Shown here: piece by piece, positions 31,774 through 40,755 of the stretch
Layout of the letters: every line of letters starts with the position of its first letter
Position numbering within the stretch: position 1 is the first letter of the stretch
Assembly: GCA_963793865.1 (NCBI GenBank)
Contig: CAWCBP010000008.1
Coordinates: 160,001-224,000 of the forward strand
Source: an uncultured delta proteobacterium
GTDB lineage: Bacteria; Desulfobacterota; WTBG01
Direction of reading: 5' to 3'
DNA: 64,000 nt
Translations under genes and position numbers: made by a program
Notes under the pieces: generated by a model
Told to the model about the DNA's origin: nothing
The model's input: only the letters and a program-made list of their open reading frames with translations
Databases searched by the model: none

Positions 31774-32760
31774 ATGAGAGTCATTGCCATTGCCAATCAA
31801 AAAGGTGGATGCGGCAAAACGACGACAGCGATTAATCTTTCGTCATCATTATCTTCACGGGGGCAGAGAGTGCTGCTGATCGATTGCGATCCGCAGTCGC
31901 ATGCTACCATGGGGCTGAATGTTAATCCGGCGGATCTGGAAAAAAGCATGTACAACGTGATGACTCCCCGCGCGGGCGAGACTCTCGGGCTCGATGACAT
32001 CATGCTGCCGGTCAAAGAGAGGTTTGATCTTGCCCCCTCCAGCGTAATCTTAAGCGCGGTTGAGCAGGAGCTTTCCGGCGTGGAAGGGAGGGAGAACCGG
32101 CTGCTGCACGCACTGCAGAGGCTCAGGCAGTCCTGCGATTATTGCATCATTGATTGCCCGCCCAGCATCGGCCTGCTCTGCTTTAACGCCCTGCGCGCCT
32201 GCGGGGAAGTGATCATCCCCATTGACATGAGCCTTTTTTCGCTCCGGGGGGTTGAGAAACTGCTGGAGATTGTCATTTTGCTCAAGGAAAAGCTCAGCCA
32301 CGACATTGTCCCCCGCGCGCTCATCACCATGTTTGATCACCGGACCCGGTACTCCCGTCGCGTGCTGGAAAAAGTCAAGGACCAGTTCGGCAGAGATGTA
32401 TTTGAAACCGTCATCCGCTACACCATCCGCCTGAGGGAGACCGTTGACTGCGGGCTGCCCATCAGCGATTACGACAAGCATGCCATAGGCAATAAGGACT
32501 ATGATACCCTGGCTGAGGAGCTGATTCGATCCGCGGCGGACGCGAGCCTCGAGGCGCGGCCGGGCGAGATGAATGGCACCCATTCCATATTGCACAAGAC
32601 CGGGGCTTACATCGAGTCGGCAGCTGCAGAGGCCGGGCATTCAGAGGGTGACGCTGAAGAGTTTGCCGGTTCAGGCCTGCGCTCCTCGTACTCGGAGATG
32701 ATTGAAGTGCTTGCCACCGACCCGCCGCTCAGCGCTCTGGCCGGTGATGACAGCGAATAA
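31774..32760 (+). CDS. Orphan ParA/Soj family ATPase with an acidic C-terminal extension
   Basis: NQKGGCGKTT, IDCDPQ, IDCPPS; no parB adjacent. Confidence 0.9.
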   Translation: MRVIAIANQKGGCGKTTTAINLSSSLSSRGQRVLLIDCDPQSHATMGLNVNPADLEKSMYNVMTPRAGETLGLDDIMLPVKERFDLAPSSVILSAVEQELSGVEGRENRLLHALQRLRQSCDYCIIDCPPSIGLLCFNALRACGEVIIPIDMSLFSLRGVEKLLEIVILLKEKLSHDIVPRALITMFDHRTRYSRRVLEKVKDQFGRDVFETVIRYTIRLRETVDCGLPISDYDKHAIGNKDYDTLAEELIRSAADASLEARPGEMNGTHSILHKTGAYIESAAAEAGHSEGDAEEFAGSGLRSSYSEMIEVLATDPPLSALAGDDSE

Positions 32761-32796
32761 GCATTAAGCGGCAGTTTGACAGGATCGCAAAGAAGA

Positions 32797-32834
32797 GAGG
32801 GGCATTGCCGTGTAACAGACGGGCAGTGCCCCTT
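32797..32834 (+). terminator. Hairpin, probable terminator after the ParA gene
   Basis: aggggcattgcc...gggcagtgcccctt. Confidence 0.55.
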
Positions 32835-33400
32835 ATTCATGATCGCCCTATTTTTCCTTCGATTCTTTTAAAATGTTATAAATCTCGGTATGCAGGTTTT
32901 TAAATTCTTTGTTTTCCTGCACGGCTTCAATCAGGTTGAGCTTGATTTTTGATTCCTTGAGCACCATTCTGTTTTTTTGTTTGTATAAGGGCGCAGATGA
33001 CAAGCGAAGGATTCAGAATGACAAACATGGCGCATTCTTTATTATGACACCGCCTGTTTGCTGCGGACTCTGCACTGACGGCTTTCCCCTTGACATTAAT
33101 TTTATTGTCGGCTACTTATTGGCATGAGGAAGCGCCTGCCTGTTTGAAATATGCATTCAAACAGAAACGGCCGCGGGTGCATGGGCCAGGCGGGCAGCAT
33201 CCTTCAAATAAAGCACATCAGAGGATCTGTTCATATGCGGGCTGCCATGATCGGTGTGAGAGGTGCCTTTAAGAGTTGTTTGCAAAAAGGCAGTCATGTA
33301 AGGAAACGGGTTTATTGAAAATCCCCTTTGCGTCAGATTGTGTGCCAAAGGGGTTTTGATTTTTAGACAGTCACCCTAACCACTAACAAGGAGATGTGCT

Positions 33401-35725
33401 ATGAAATTAAGAAACATGTGTCTGGCGGTTTTAATAGCATGCCTTTTTCCTCTTCATGCGGCGGCCCAGCCGACGGCGGTAGAGGACAAGGTGGCGGTGC
33501 TTATCACCGGCTGGTGCATGTCAGCGGGCTACAGCTATGACTACGCCTGGACAACCAGCGATTATCCCCGCATCGGTGACAGGACCGAGTATGAGGGCCA
33601 GCCGTGCAAGATAGGTCACCCGGGAGAGTTTCCGTACCAGTCTCATATCAATATGATTCCCTGGGCAATTACCTATTTGACCGAAGACAACGAGGCCTTT
33701 TTTGATTCGTACGGCATCTACAGCTATAATGAAGCGCTTAACCTGTACGAACACCCCAACCCCGCTGTTGCCGATATCAGCGCGGAGAATATACCCCCCG
33801 GGATACCCATAACACCGCTGGTGGAGTCAACACGAATGAATGAACTTGAGTATCCACCTGACCCGAGAACCGGTGAGGATCTGCTGCCCGGGTGGTATAA
33901 GATCGGCAGTTTTGCCGTTCCGTATCCCAATGGCGTGAGTGATCTGGTGGAATCCGGCATCCCGACGTTTCTCCGCTACTACGGGGTCATGGGTGTGCCC
34001 GAGGAGACAACTGATCCCAATGAGCCGCCTCCTTCACTGCAGGCGCAGGATGCCTATCTTGAGCAGCTGATGACCGGCGCCTTCGGGGATAAAATCGATC
34101 TCCGTCATGGATGCTATACCGCCATACCGGGATATACCAAGCTGCTTGATGATGTGGCGGAGGAGTTTGCCAATGAGGGATACACCAAGCTGCTCGTTGC
34201 CCGGGAGACGACCGATCACAACCGGTACGCCAACGAGTTTTTGTCGGGAAATTATGTCAGGGAACGGTTGTGCGAGATGAATAAGCTGGATAGCATGCAG
34301 ATCTACCAGACCCGCCAGGTTGGAAGGACTCCGGAATTTAATGCCATGAATGTGATGAACCTGAAGTCCTATATCGAGGCCTACCCGGAGGGAAGCACCA
34401 TCGGCATTATTTATGTGACCAGGGGACTCACCTGGTATAAGGACGATACCTCCGGCCCCTTCGGCACTGCCCACCCCTGGGCCAAGGAGGTGTATCATGA
34501 GAATGCCTACCTCAATTATCTCTCGTGGAAGAAGGCCCTGCAGGCTGCCTATGGCGACCGCTACAACCTGGTATTCACCAGGAGCGGGGTGGAAACGGAT
34601 CTGCGGGAGGAGAATTTCTTTTCCTACGGGCTGGCTACCGATATCGACCTCAAGGGATACGGCGGAACAACGGTGTTTTACAGCATCCGGGAGGCTATAA
34701 AACTTGCCGTTGCTGATGGTCTTGAGCAGATCATTGTCGCGCCCTGTCACTGGAACTATGACAGCCTGGATACCATTTTCCGCATGCAGGAGTACAACAA
34801 GCTTCCCATAGCTCCCAAGGCCCAGCTTGAGGCAGGGAACTTTGCCTATACCCATTGCGAGGATGCGGAAGGCAGCGTGGTCGATTGCGCGTCCGCCGAT
34901 TCAGTGGTTACGGTCACCGTGGCGCCTTCGTACAGCAATTTGCCGGAAGAGTTTTCTACGGCCTATTACGTTGTGCTGCGCGGTACGCTGGAGCGCTTCG
35001 GGCTTTTCCCGCAGGGTGAAGAGCCGATAATAGAGGTGTCGCAGCAGGTGACCAAACTTGCGGGCGGCACGGTAGAGGTGACGTCAGCCTCAAGCCCCAT
35101 TCTGGGCGCAAAGATCGAGATACCGGGCGACCCGTATCCCGACCGGCCTGAAAGTTTTACCCCGGAAAGCGCTATTCCCGTCAACGACCCGGCCGATACC
35201 AACGACTGCATGTGGGAGGATACCGAAATTAAAATCGGTTATCGGGAGTCCGCTCCGGACATGAATGACGCCGAGCCTTCGGGGCCTGCCGTTCACGTCG
35301 GTCCGTACCGGACTTTCTTCAACCGGAATGTGAGCATTACCATACCGTATTCCGGAGCCGGCAGCCGGGACTTGATGGTGTACATCTATAATCACGTCCG
35401 GGAAGACTGGGATCCCATCGAACCTGAGAGTGTGGACAGGGCTAAAAAACTGGTGACCTTCAAAACCCAGGTGCTGGGCCTCTTCCAGGCGGGGCGCGCA
35501 GCAGGGGTTTGTCCCGCGGAGCTGATTTATGGAAAGGATTCTAAAGAGGTGCAGCAGCTCAAAACTTTCCGGGACAATATATTAAGCAAGACCGCACAGG
35601 GTCGGGCGATCATCAAGCTGTACTATGACTGGAGCCCGGCGGTGGTTAAAGGGATGAAAGAGGCAGCGGCGCTCAAGGAAGAAGTGAAGAAGACAATGGA
35701 TGGTGCGCTGCTGATGCTAAGGTAG
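33401..35725 (+). CDS. Secreted ferrochelatase-fold-like protein with a C-terminal CFI-box-CTERM-like domain
   Basis: Signal peptide ending HAAA; chelatase-like segments VAVLITG, LLDDVAEEFANEGYTKLLV, IIYVTRGL, SIREAIKLAVADGLEQIIVAPCHWNYDSLDT; tail EVQQLKTFRDNIL...GRAIIKLYYDWSP. Confidence 0.65.
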   Translation: MKLRNMCLAVLIACLFPLHAAAQPTAVEDKVAVLITGWCMSAGYSYDYAWTTSDYPRIGDRTEYEGQPCKIGHPGEFPYQSHINMIPWAITYLTEDNEAFFDSYGIYSYNEALNLYEHPNPAVADISAENIPPGIPITPLVESTRMNELEYPPDPRTGEDLLPGWYKIGSFAVPYPNGVSDLVESGIPTFLRYYGVMGVPEETTDPNEPPPSLQAQDAYLEQLMTGAFGDKIDLRHGCYTAIPGYTKLLDDVAEEFANEGYTKLLVARETTDHNRYANEFLSGNYVRERLCEMNKLDSMQIYQTRQVGRTPEFNAMNVMNLKSYIEAYPEGSTIGIIYVTRGLTWYKDDTSGPFGTAHPWAKEVYHENAYLNYLSWKKALQAAYGDRYNLVFTRSGVETDLREENFFSYGLATDIDLKGYGGTTVFYSIREAIKLAVADGLEQIIVAPCHWNYDSLDTIFRMQEYNKLPIAPKAQLEAGNFAYTHCEDAEGSVVDCASADSVVTVTVAPSYSNLPEEFSTAYYVVLRGTLERFGLFPQGEEPIIEVSQQVTKLAGGTVEVTSASSPILGAKIEIPGDPYPDRPESFTPESAIPVNDPADTNDCMWEDTEIKIGYRESAPDMNDAEPSGPAVHVGPYRTFFNRNVSITIPYSGAGSRDLMVYIYNHVREDWDPIEPESVDRAKKLVTFKTQVLGLFQAGRAAGVCPAELIYGKDSKEVQQLKTFRDNILSKTAQGRAIIKLYYDWSPAVVKGMKEAAALKEEVKKTMDGALLMLR

Positions 35726-35747
35726 TAACAAAATAAAAAAGTAGAAC

Positions 35748-35874
35748 AGGGGCGGCTAAACGCTGGTCCAAGTACTGGAACGGGGTTATTCAGTCCAGGG
35801 CGTCAGGACAAGCCTTTTAAGGCAAACCGATCTAGCGGAGCTGGAGCGCCTACCTCATTGCGAGAGCCGCCCCT
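35748..35874. other. Highly structured intergenic segment (candidate ncRNA or IS non-coding end remnant)
   Basis: 10-bp closing stem aggggcggct/agccgcccct enclosing several hairpins. Confidence 0.4.
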
Positions 35875-35946
35875 TACATTTATGTCAGGAAGTAATTCCA
35901 CTTAGTCAACAACGTCCCCACTGTACGCTTCCAGCGCCTCTCTGAC

Positions 35947-37233
35947 CTAAAACATTTCGCCATCCGTGCCGTGAAAATGGGTAGAGCACAGCCGCGCCAG
36001 ATTGGCCACAGAAGACTGGAGGGCCTTTAATAACTCAACGTAATGCTTTTTTGTGTCGACTAAGGTTCTCTGGGCTTCCAAGACTTCAAGATACTCCAAT
36101 GCGCCACCATGGTAGCTTTCCCTGGTTGCCGCAAAGTAACTCTCCGTCTTCGGCAAAATGCTTTTTTTGAAAATGTCCACTTGCAGCCGGGATGCTTCAA
36201 AAGTTCGGTACACCTCATTCAGCTCATACAGCAGCCGGTTTTTTGCCGCATTTCCGTCCTCTTTCACTTTTTTTTGATTGACCAGCGCTTCCTGAATGCT
36301 TCCCTGGTTTCGGTTAAACAGGGGAAGGGGCACGGCAAGGCTTGCCACCATTGCATAATTGTCGTCTTCCTCAAATCGCCGTACGCCGAAAGCCACGTCC
36401 ACATCGGGAATTCTCTCCGCCTGTGCCGCCTGCAAAAGGAGATCGCCCTTCTCCTCCTGCAGCGCGGTCATTTGAAGCTCAGGATTGTTTTCCAAAAGGT
36501 GCTTTTTTATCTGGTTGTACTCAGGAACCTTGAACTCCCGATCCAGATCGCCTTTGCATTCTCCCAGCAATATCTCAGCGCCTCCCCATAAAACAACAAG
36601 ATTTTTTTTAGCGCTCTCCAGGGCTCGACTGGTGTTCATCACTTCCATGGTGGTTTGCGAAAGCTCTATTTCCGCGCTTAGCATCTGGGGAGTGGATTCT
36701 TTACCTGCCGACTTTTTTGCGTAGAAGTCATAGAGATTTTGGGCAATTGTCTGTGCTTCCATAGCGTAGTCTACATTTTTTCGTGCCAGCAGGATTTCAT
36801 AAAAGGTCTCCTCAACCTTTAATATCAAATCTCTTTTTGCCGCCTCATACTGGAGACGCACGATTTCCTTTTCCTTGGTGGCGATGTTTTTCTGGTGCTT
36901 GATTTTTCCGCCCAGCACAACCGGCTGACTGACTGAAACACGGTTCTCAGCGCGGCTGAACCCCGGGTTGTCGCCGGAGAAGTTCTCTGATTCCATCTCC
37001 AGCGTGGGATTTGCCCACAGTCCCGCCTGCTGTATGTTTGCGTCTGCCGCGTCAAGCTCAAGCGCCATTGCCTTAAGCTCCGGGTTGTTCTTCACCGCGA
37101 TATCAATTGCTTTCTGCAGGTCACACTCAGCTATGTATCCATCTTTTAAAGCATCTTCGCTCCGGGCAGGGAATGAAGATGAAAGCAGGCAGGCGCCTGC
37201 AATGATGATAAAAATAGATGCGTTCGCTCTCAT
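35947..37233 (-). CDS. TolC/CzcC-like outer membrane efflux protein
   Basis: Signal peptide; two OEP repeats (NNPEL twice); VPLPLFNRNQG; YLEVLEAQRTL. Confidence 0.9.
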   Translation of the reverse strand: MRANASIFIIIAGACLLSSSFPARSEDALKDGYIAECDLQKAIDIAVKNNPELKAMALELDAADANIQQAGLWANPTLEMESENFSGDNPGFSRAENRVSVSQPVVLGGKIKHQKNIATKEKEIVRLQYEAAKRDLILKVEETFYEILLARKNVDYAMEAQTIAQNLYDFYAKKSAGKESTPQMLSAEIELSQTTMEVMNTSRALESAKKNLVVLWGGAEILLGECKGDLDREFKVPEYNQIKKHLLENNPELQMTALQEEKGDLLLQAAQAERIPDVDVAFGVRRFEEDDNYAMVASLAVPLPLFNRNQGSIQEALVNQKKVKEDGNAAKNRLLYELNEVYRTFEASRLQVDIFKKSILPKTESYFAATRESYHGGALEYLEVLEAQRTLVDTKKHYVELLKALQSSVANLARLCSTHFHGTDGEMF

Positions 37234-37416
37234 CGCATACCTCCGTTCTGTTGTATGGTCATTTGATTATCTGCTTTCATAAAGCAAGCACTACCATAAC
37301 AAAACCCATTATTTATTTCCACTATTAAGCTGTTGCTTCTCTATGATGCCTTCCGGTATAATGCAATTCAGTGAATGATGTGCTGCAGTCGTTGATTTGT
37401 ATGGAGGAGCGCGCGG

Positions 37417-38169
37417 GTGAAGATAGATGATTTTATAAATGAAATGAAGGAGAAGACGGCGGGAATGCTGCTTGAGGTTGCAGGAGGGGGGGAGCGCAGC
37501 GAGAAGCGATACAGGTTCAAGGCAGGAACTGCGCACATTATTACGGTTCGGGGCGGGGCGATTGAAAAGGCGGCCATTACCCACCTCGTGCTGGCCGGTG
37601 TAAAGCCTCCCGGCGCTGACAAGGCCTCGGACGGCGTGGTCTACCAGATGGAGGTGTTTCCCGAAAATCCTTATTCCCCCATGGGCCATTTCAATCTCCA
37701 GTGGACGACGGGGGCATCGAATTCCTATTCCATGAACCTGGATCTTTTCCCCGCCGTGACGGTGAAGGAAGACCTCGCTGACATGCGGAGCGTGATGGAT
37801 GGTGTCGCCGATTCCTTTGGAAGAGACCGGGATGAAATGCGCAAGGGACTCGACGAGCATTACAGCCTTCCATACTGGGAATCGCCGCTGGCAGCGCAGG
37901 TGGGATGCAAACTGCTATCGCTGGGTGATGATATGGTTGACCTTGTTACCACTGCCTACCGCACATTTTTTGATGCCTACGCCGGCATTCTTAAGAAGAG
38001 AAAGGATACACCCTTCGGCGATAGCGAGCGGAAGATCAAGCTGGAAAGAAACGGCAGGTGGCTTGAGTATATCGTTTTCAAGGACCGCGCCGTCAAAATG
38101 GCGCTTGCCTTCGGCATGCCGGCAGAGATTTTAACCGGTCTCAGCTTCCCGCCCTCGGCGGCATTTTAA
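37417..38169 (+). CDS. HemF (coproporphyrinogen III oxidase)-like protein, paralogue A
   Basis: GGAIEKA, FPENPYSPMGHFN, DLFP, DAYAGILKKRKDTPF, RNGRWLEY...DRA...FPP. Confidence 0.75.
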   Translation: MKIDDFINEMKEKTAGMLLEVAGGGERSEKRYRFKAGTAHIITVRGGAIEKAAITHLVLAGVKPPGADKASDGVVYQMEVFPENPYSPMGHFNLQWTTGASNSYSMNLDLFPAVTVKEDLADMRSVMDGVADSFGRDRDEMRKGLDEHYSLPYWESPLAAQVGCKLLSLGDDMVDLVTTAYRTFFDAYAGILKKRKDTPFGDSERKIKLERNGRWLEYIVFKDRAVKMALAFGMPAEILTGLSFPPSAAF

Positions 38170-38203
38170 CAGGCTGGTGAAAAAAAGAATAAAGGAGGAA
38201 GCG

Positions 38204-38959
38204 GTGGCAGACATTGTGTCATTTGTGAAGGAGATGAAAGAAAAGGTTGCCGATGCACTGTGTGCTGTCGGGACTGGTGTGCAACGTATTCAAACGGCCC
38301 ACACCTTCCAGGCAGGACAGGCGACCATCACCACGCTCAGAGGCGGCCCGATTGAAAAGGCCAACATCACCCTGATGAACCTAAAAGGCGTCACCATGCC
38401 GGGAACGGCCGAGAAGGTTGATCCCACGGTCTTCCAGGTGGAGGTGTTTCCCGAAAACCCCTACTGCCCCATGGGCCATTTCAATACGGAGTGGACGAAG
38501 GCCGGGGCGGGTCCCTACTACATGAACCTTGATCTTTTTCCTGCCGTGAGGGTTGAAGAGGACCTGGAGGATATGAGGAAGGCGATGGACGATATCGCTG
38601 ACCGCTTCGGCCGGGACAGGGAAAAGATGCGCGACGGGCTTGATGTCCAGTACAACATGGACCACTGGTCAAATCCCCTCGCGACCAGGGTGGGCTGCAA
38701 GCTTATGAAACTCGACGAGAAGGAACTCGATCTTTTTATCAGTGCCTACACCACTTTTTTTGAAGTCTATCTGAATATCTTGAAGAAAAGGTGTGGCACT
38801 CCATACGGTGAAGAGGAAATGCGGCTCAAGGGGGAGAGAAACGGCAAATGGCTTGAATACATTGCCTTCAAGGACGGCGCGGTCAAAATGGCGCAGGCTT
38901 ACGGGATACCGGCCCAGGTGCTGACCGGCATAACCTTTCCGCCGTCAGTAGTTTTTTAA
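38204..38959 (+). CDS. HemF-like protein, paralogue B
   Basis: GGPIEKA, FPENPYCPMGHFN, DLFP, RNGKWLEY...FPP; GTG start after AAGGAGG. Confidence 0.75.
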   Translation: MADIVSFVKEMKEKVADALCAVGTGVQRIQTAHTFQAGQATITTLRGGPIEKANITLMNLKGVTMPGTAEKVDPTVFQVEVFPENPYCPMGHFNTEWTKAGAGPYYMNLDLFPAVRVEEDLEDMRKAMDDIADRFGRDREKMRDGLDVQYNMDHWSNPLATRVGCKLMKLDEKELDLFISAYTTFFEVYLNILKKRCGTPYGEEEMRLKGERNGKWLEYIAFKDGAVKMAQAYGIPAQVLTGITFPPSVVF

Positions 38960-38963
38960 GCAC

Positions 38964-39122
38964 CTAGCAGGCTGTTGAAAAACACCCATTTGCTGCGTTA
39001 CGCTCATCCTTCGTCATTGCAGCGTACTCGTAGGTACGCCTCATTCCTCAGGATTTCGCGTGCCTTGCATCTGGATGTTTTTGAACAGCCTGAGGAAAAC
39101 CACTTTTTCAAAAACCTGCTAG
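38964..39122 (+). mobile_element. MITE-like ~160 bp element, copy 3
   Basis: ctag-caggctgttgaaaaa ... tttttcaaaaacctg-ctag. Confidence 0.85.
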
Positions 39123-39153
39123 TTATACGGTTTCAGGGATGGAGGTGAAGCTT

Positions 39154-39258
39154 ATGGCACGGGTTGATTATAAAGATATGGTCCGCTTTAAGGAGGAGCT
39201 TCTTGAAAGACATAAGCTTCTAGCCGGCCTGGAACTTGAACCGCTCCCCCGATCATGA
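39154..39258 (+). CDS. Small hypothetical protein (34 aa)
   Basis: Strong SD GGAGGTG; MARVDYKDMVRFKEELLERHKLL... Confidence 0.35.
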   Translation: MARVDYKDMVRFKEELLERHKLLAGLELEPLPRS

Positions 39259-39273
39259 TAAACCTGCGGAAAA

Positions 39274-40077
39274 TTATTCAATCCTGAAAAACACCTTCGC
39301 GTTGAGCCCCATAAGGGCTTTTTTTTCTTCATCGTTTACAAACGGGGTGCTGAGAGCGCTCTGCACGCTTTGCTTTATGGGGGCAAAGGGATAGTCGGAG
39401 CCGAAGAATATGTTGTTCAGATTATGCTTTCTGATGATGGTTTCAGCAAGGAACGCACTGATTCTCCCGTAGGTCATGGAGGTTTCCAGGTAAACATTAT
39501 TCCGTCCGGCCAGCATACGGGCCGTATCGTCCCACATGTTGAGACCGCCCAGATGCGCGCCAATGATGATCAGTTCAGGAAAGTCCTGCGCCACCCGGAG
39601 GACCATTTCCGGGGTCGATCGTGCGTTCGCCGTAACAGCAGGATTACCCCCCACATGAAACATGACCACCATGCCGCATTTTACCAGTTCTTCATAGAGG
39701 GCATAGGCAACGGCAGCATCGTCAACCGTGAAGCCCTGCACCTCCGGCTGCAGCTTTATGCCCCCGATGCCGTTGTCCTTGAGCCTGCGGATTTCTTCCC
39801 GGCAATCCTGCTGAAAGGGGAGCACCGTTCCGAATTTTACAAAGCGCGGTTCCCTGAGATGAATGAGCCAGGTGTTGATATCTTTTACGGATTGGGGGGT
39901 GGTGGCAACCATGTGGATGACTGCGTGTCCCACGCCGCTTTCATCCATCTGGGCCAGCAGGTCTGAAGCTGTCCCCTTGCCATACACCTTTACCTTGAAC
40001 TGCTGCGAGGTGAATTGCAGGATCCGTTCGGCGGCGGCGTCGGGGAAAATGTGGGTGTGGGTGTCTACAATAAACAT
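39274..40077 (-). CDS. Amidohydrolase_2 family metal-dependent hydrolase
   Basis: VDTHTHIFP, GIKLQP, MFHVG, GAHLGG, FGSDYP. Confidence 0.88.
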   Translation of the reverse strand: MFIVDTHTHIFPDAAAERILQFTSQQFKVKVYGKGTASDLLAQMDESGVGHAVIHMVATTPQSVKDINTWLIHLREPRFVKFGTVLPFQQDCREEIRRLKDNGIGGIKLQPEVQGFTVDDAAVAYALYEELVKCGMVVMFHVGGNPAVTANARSTPEMVLRVAQDFPELIIIGAHLGGLNMWDDTARMLAGRNNVYLETSMTYGRISAFLAETIIRKHNLNNIFFGSDYPFAPIKQSVQSALSTPFVNDEEKKALMGLNAKVFFRIE

Positions 40078-40103
40078 GGAAGATGACCATCACATGTGTG
40101 ATT

Positions 40104-40601
40104 CTATCCCCGGTAGAATACCACGTCTTTAATGCCTTTGCGGCTTCCCCTTCCTCCCTTCTCCGCGGGGTGTCCCAGGGCGATGACAGCCATCAGCTCA
40201 AAGGTGTCCGGGGCCTTAATAATCTGTGCGACCTTCTCCTTGTTCTTAAGGATTTCTCCCAGCCAGACACCGCCCAGGCCGAGAGCGTGAACCGCAAGCA
40301 GCAGGTTCTGGATAAAAGCACCCATTGCCTGAATGTCCTTGGTGCGGTCGTAGCCGGCAGCGGTGTCCAGGAACAACGCCAGCAGCACCGGCGCACCATC
40401 GATGATGCTTGAGTAGCGCGTCAGGGGTGCGATGGCCTTCCTGGTAGCGGCGTCCCTGACAATGGCAACTTTCCAGGGCTGGTTATTGAGCCCTGAGGGT
40501 GCCCAGGTGCCGGCCTCGATGATCTGCTCGAGCATCTCATCTTCAACCGGCTGGCCGGTGAATTTCCTGATGCTTCTTCTGCTTTTGATCAGCTGCAGCA
40601 T
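40104..40601 (-). CDS. Nitroreductase family protein
   Basis: IKSRRSIRKF, WAPSGLNNQPW, LGLGGVW, ALGHP; real start at 40601. Confidence 0.92.
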   Translation of the reverse strand: MLQLIKSRRSIRKFTGQPVEDEMLEQIIEAGTWAPSGLNNQPWKVAIVRDAATRKAIAPLTRYSSIIDGAPVLLALFLDTAAGYDRTKDIQAMGAFIQNLLLAVHALGLGGVWLGEILKNKEKVAQIIKAPDTFELMAVIALGHPAEKGGRGSRKGIKDVVFYRG

Positions 40602-40625
40602 GGTGCGAACTCCTTGTGGAGAGAC

Positions 40626-40727
40626 GAAGCACGAAATCCGAAACAAATCTTCATGCTTCTTGGGGGGCTCCACTGTTTGGGTTTTGGATTTGAATTTAGG
40701 ATTTGTCTCACTTCGTGCTTCGGATTT
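40626..40727. repeat. Imperfect inverted repeat built from heptamer-like units
   Basis: aagcacgaaatccgaaacaaat ... atttgtctcacttcgtgcttcggattt. Confidence 0.55.
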
Positions 40728-40755
40728 ACCTGCTGCCATTAATAGAAAACGCACC

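Noticed and set aside
35820..35850. c-di-GMP-I (GEMM) riboswitch suggested by ggcaaacc
   Set aside because: Lacks the GAAA tetraloop and the gacgcaaagc second stem, and lies between convergent genes.
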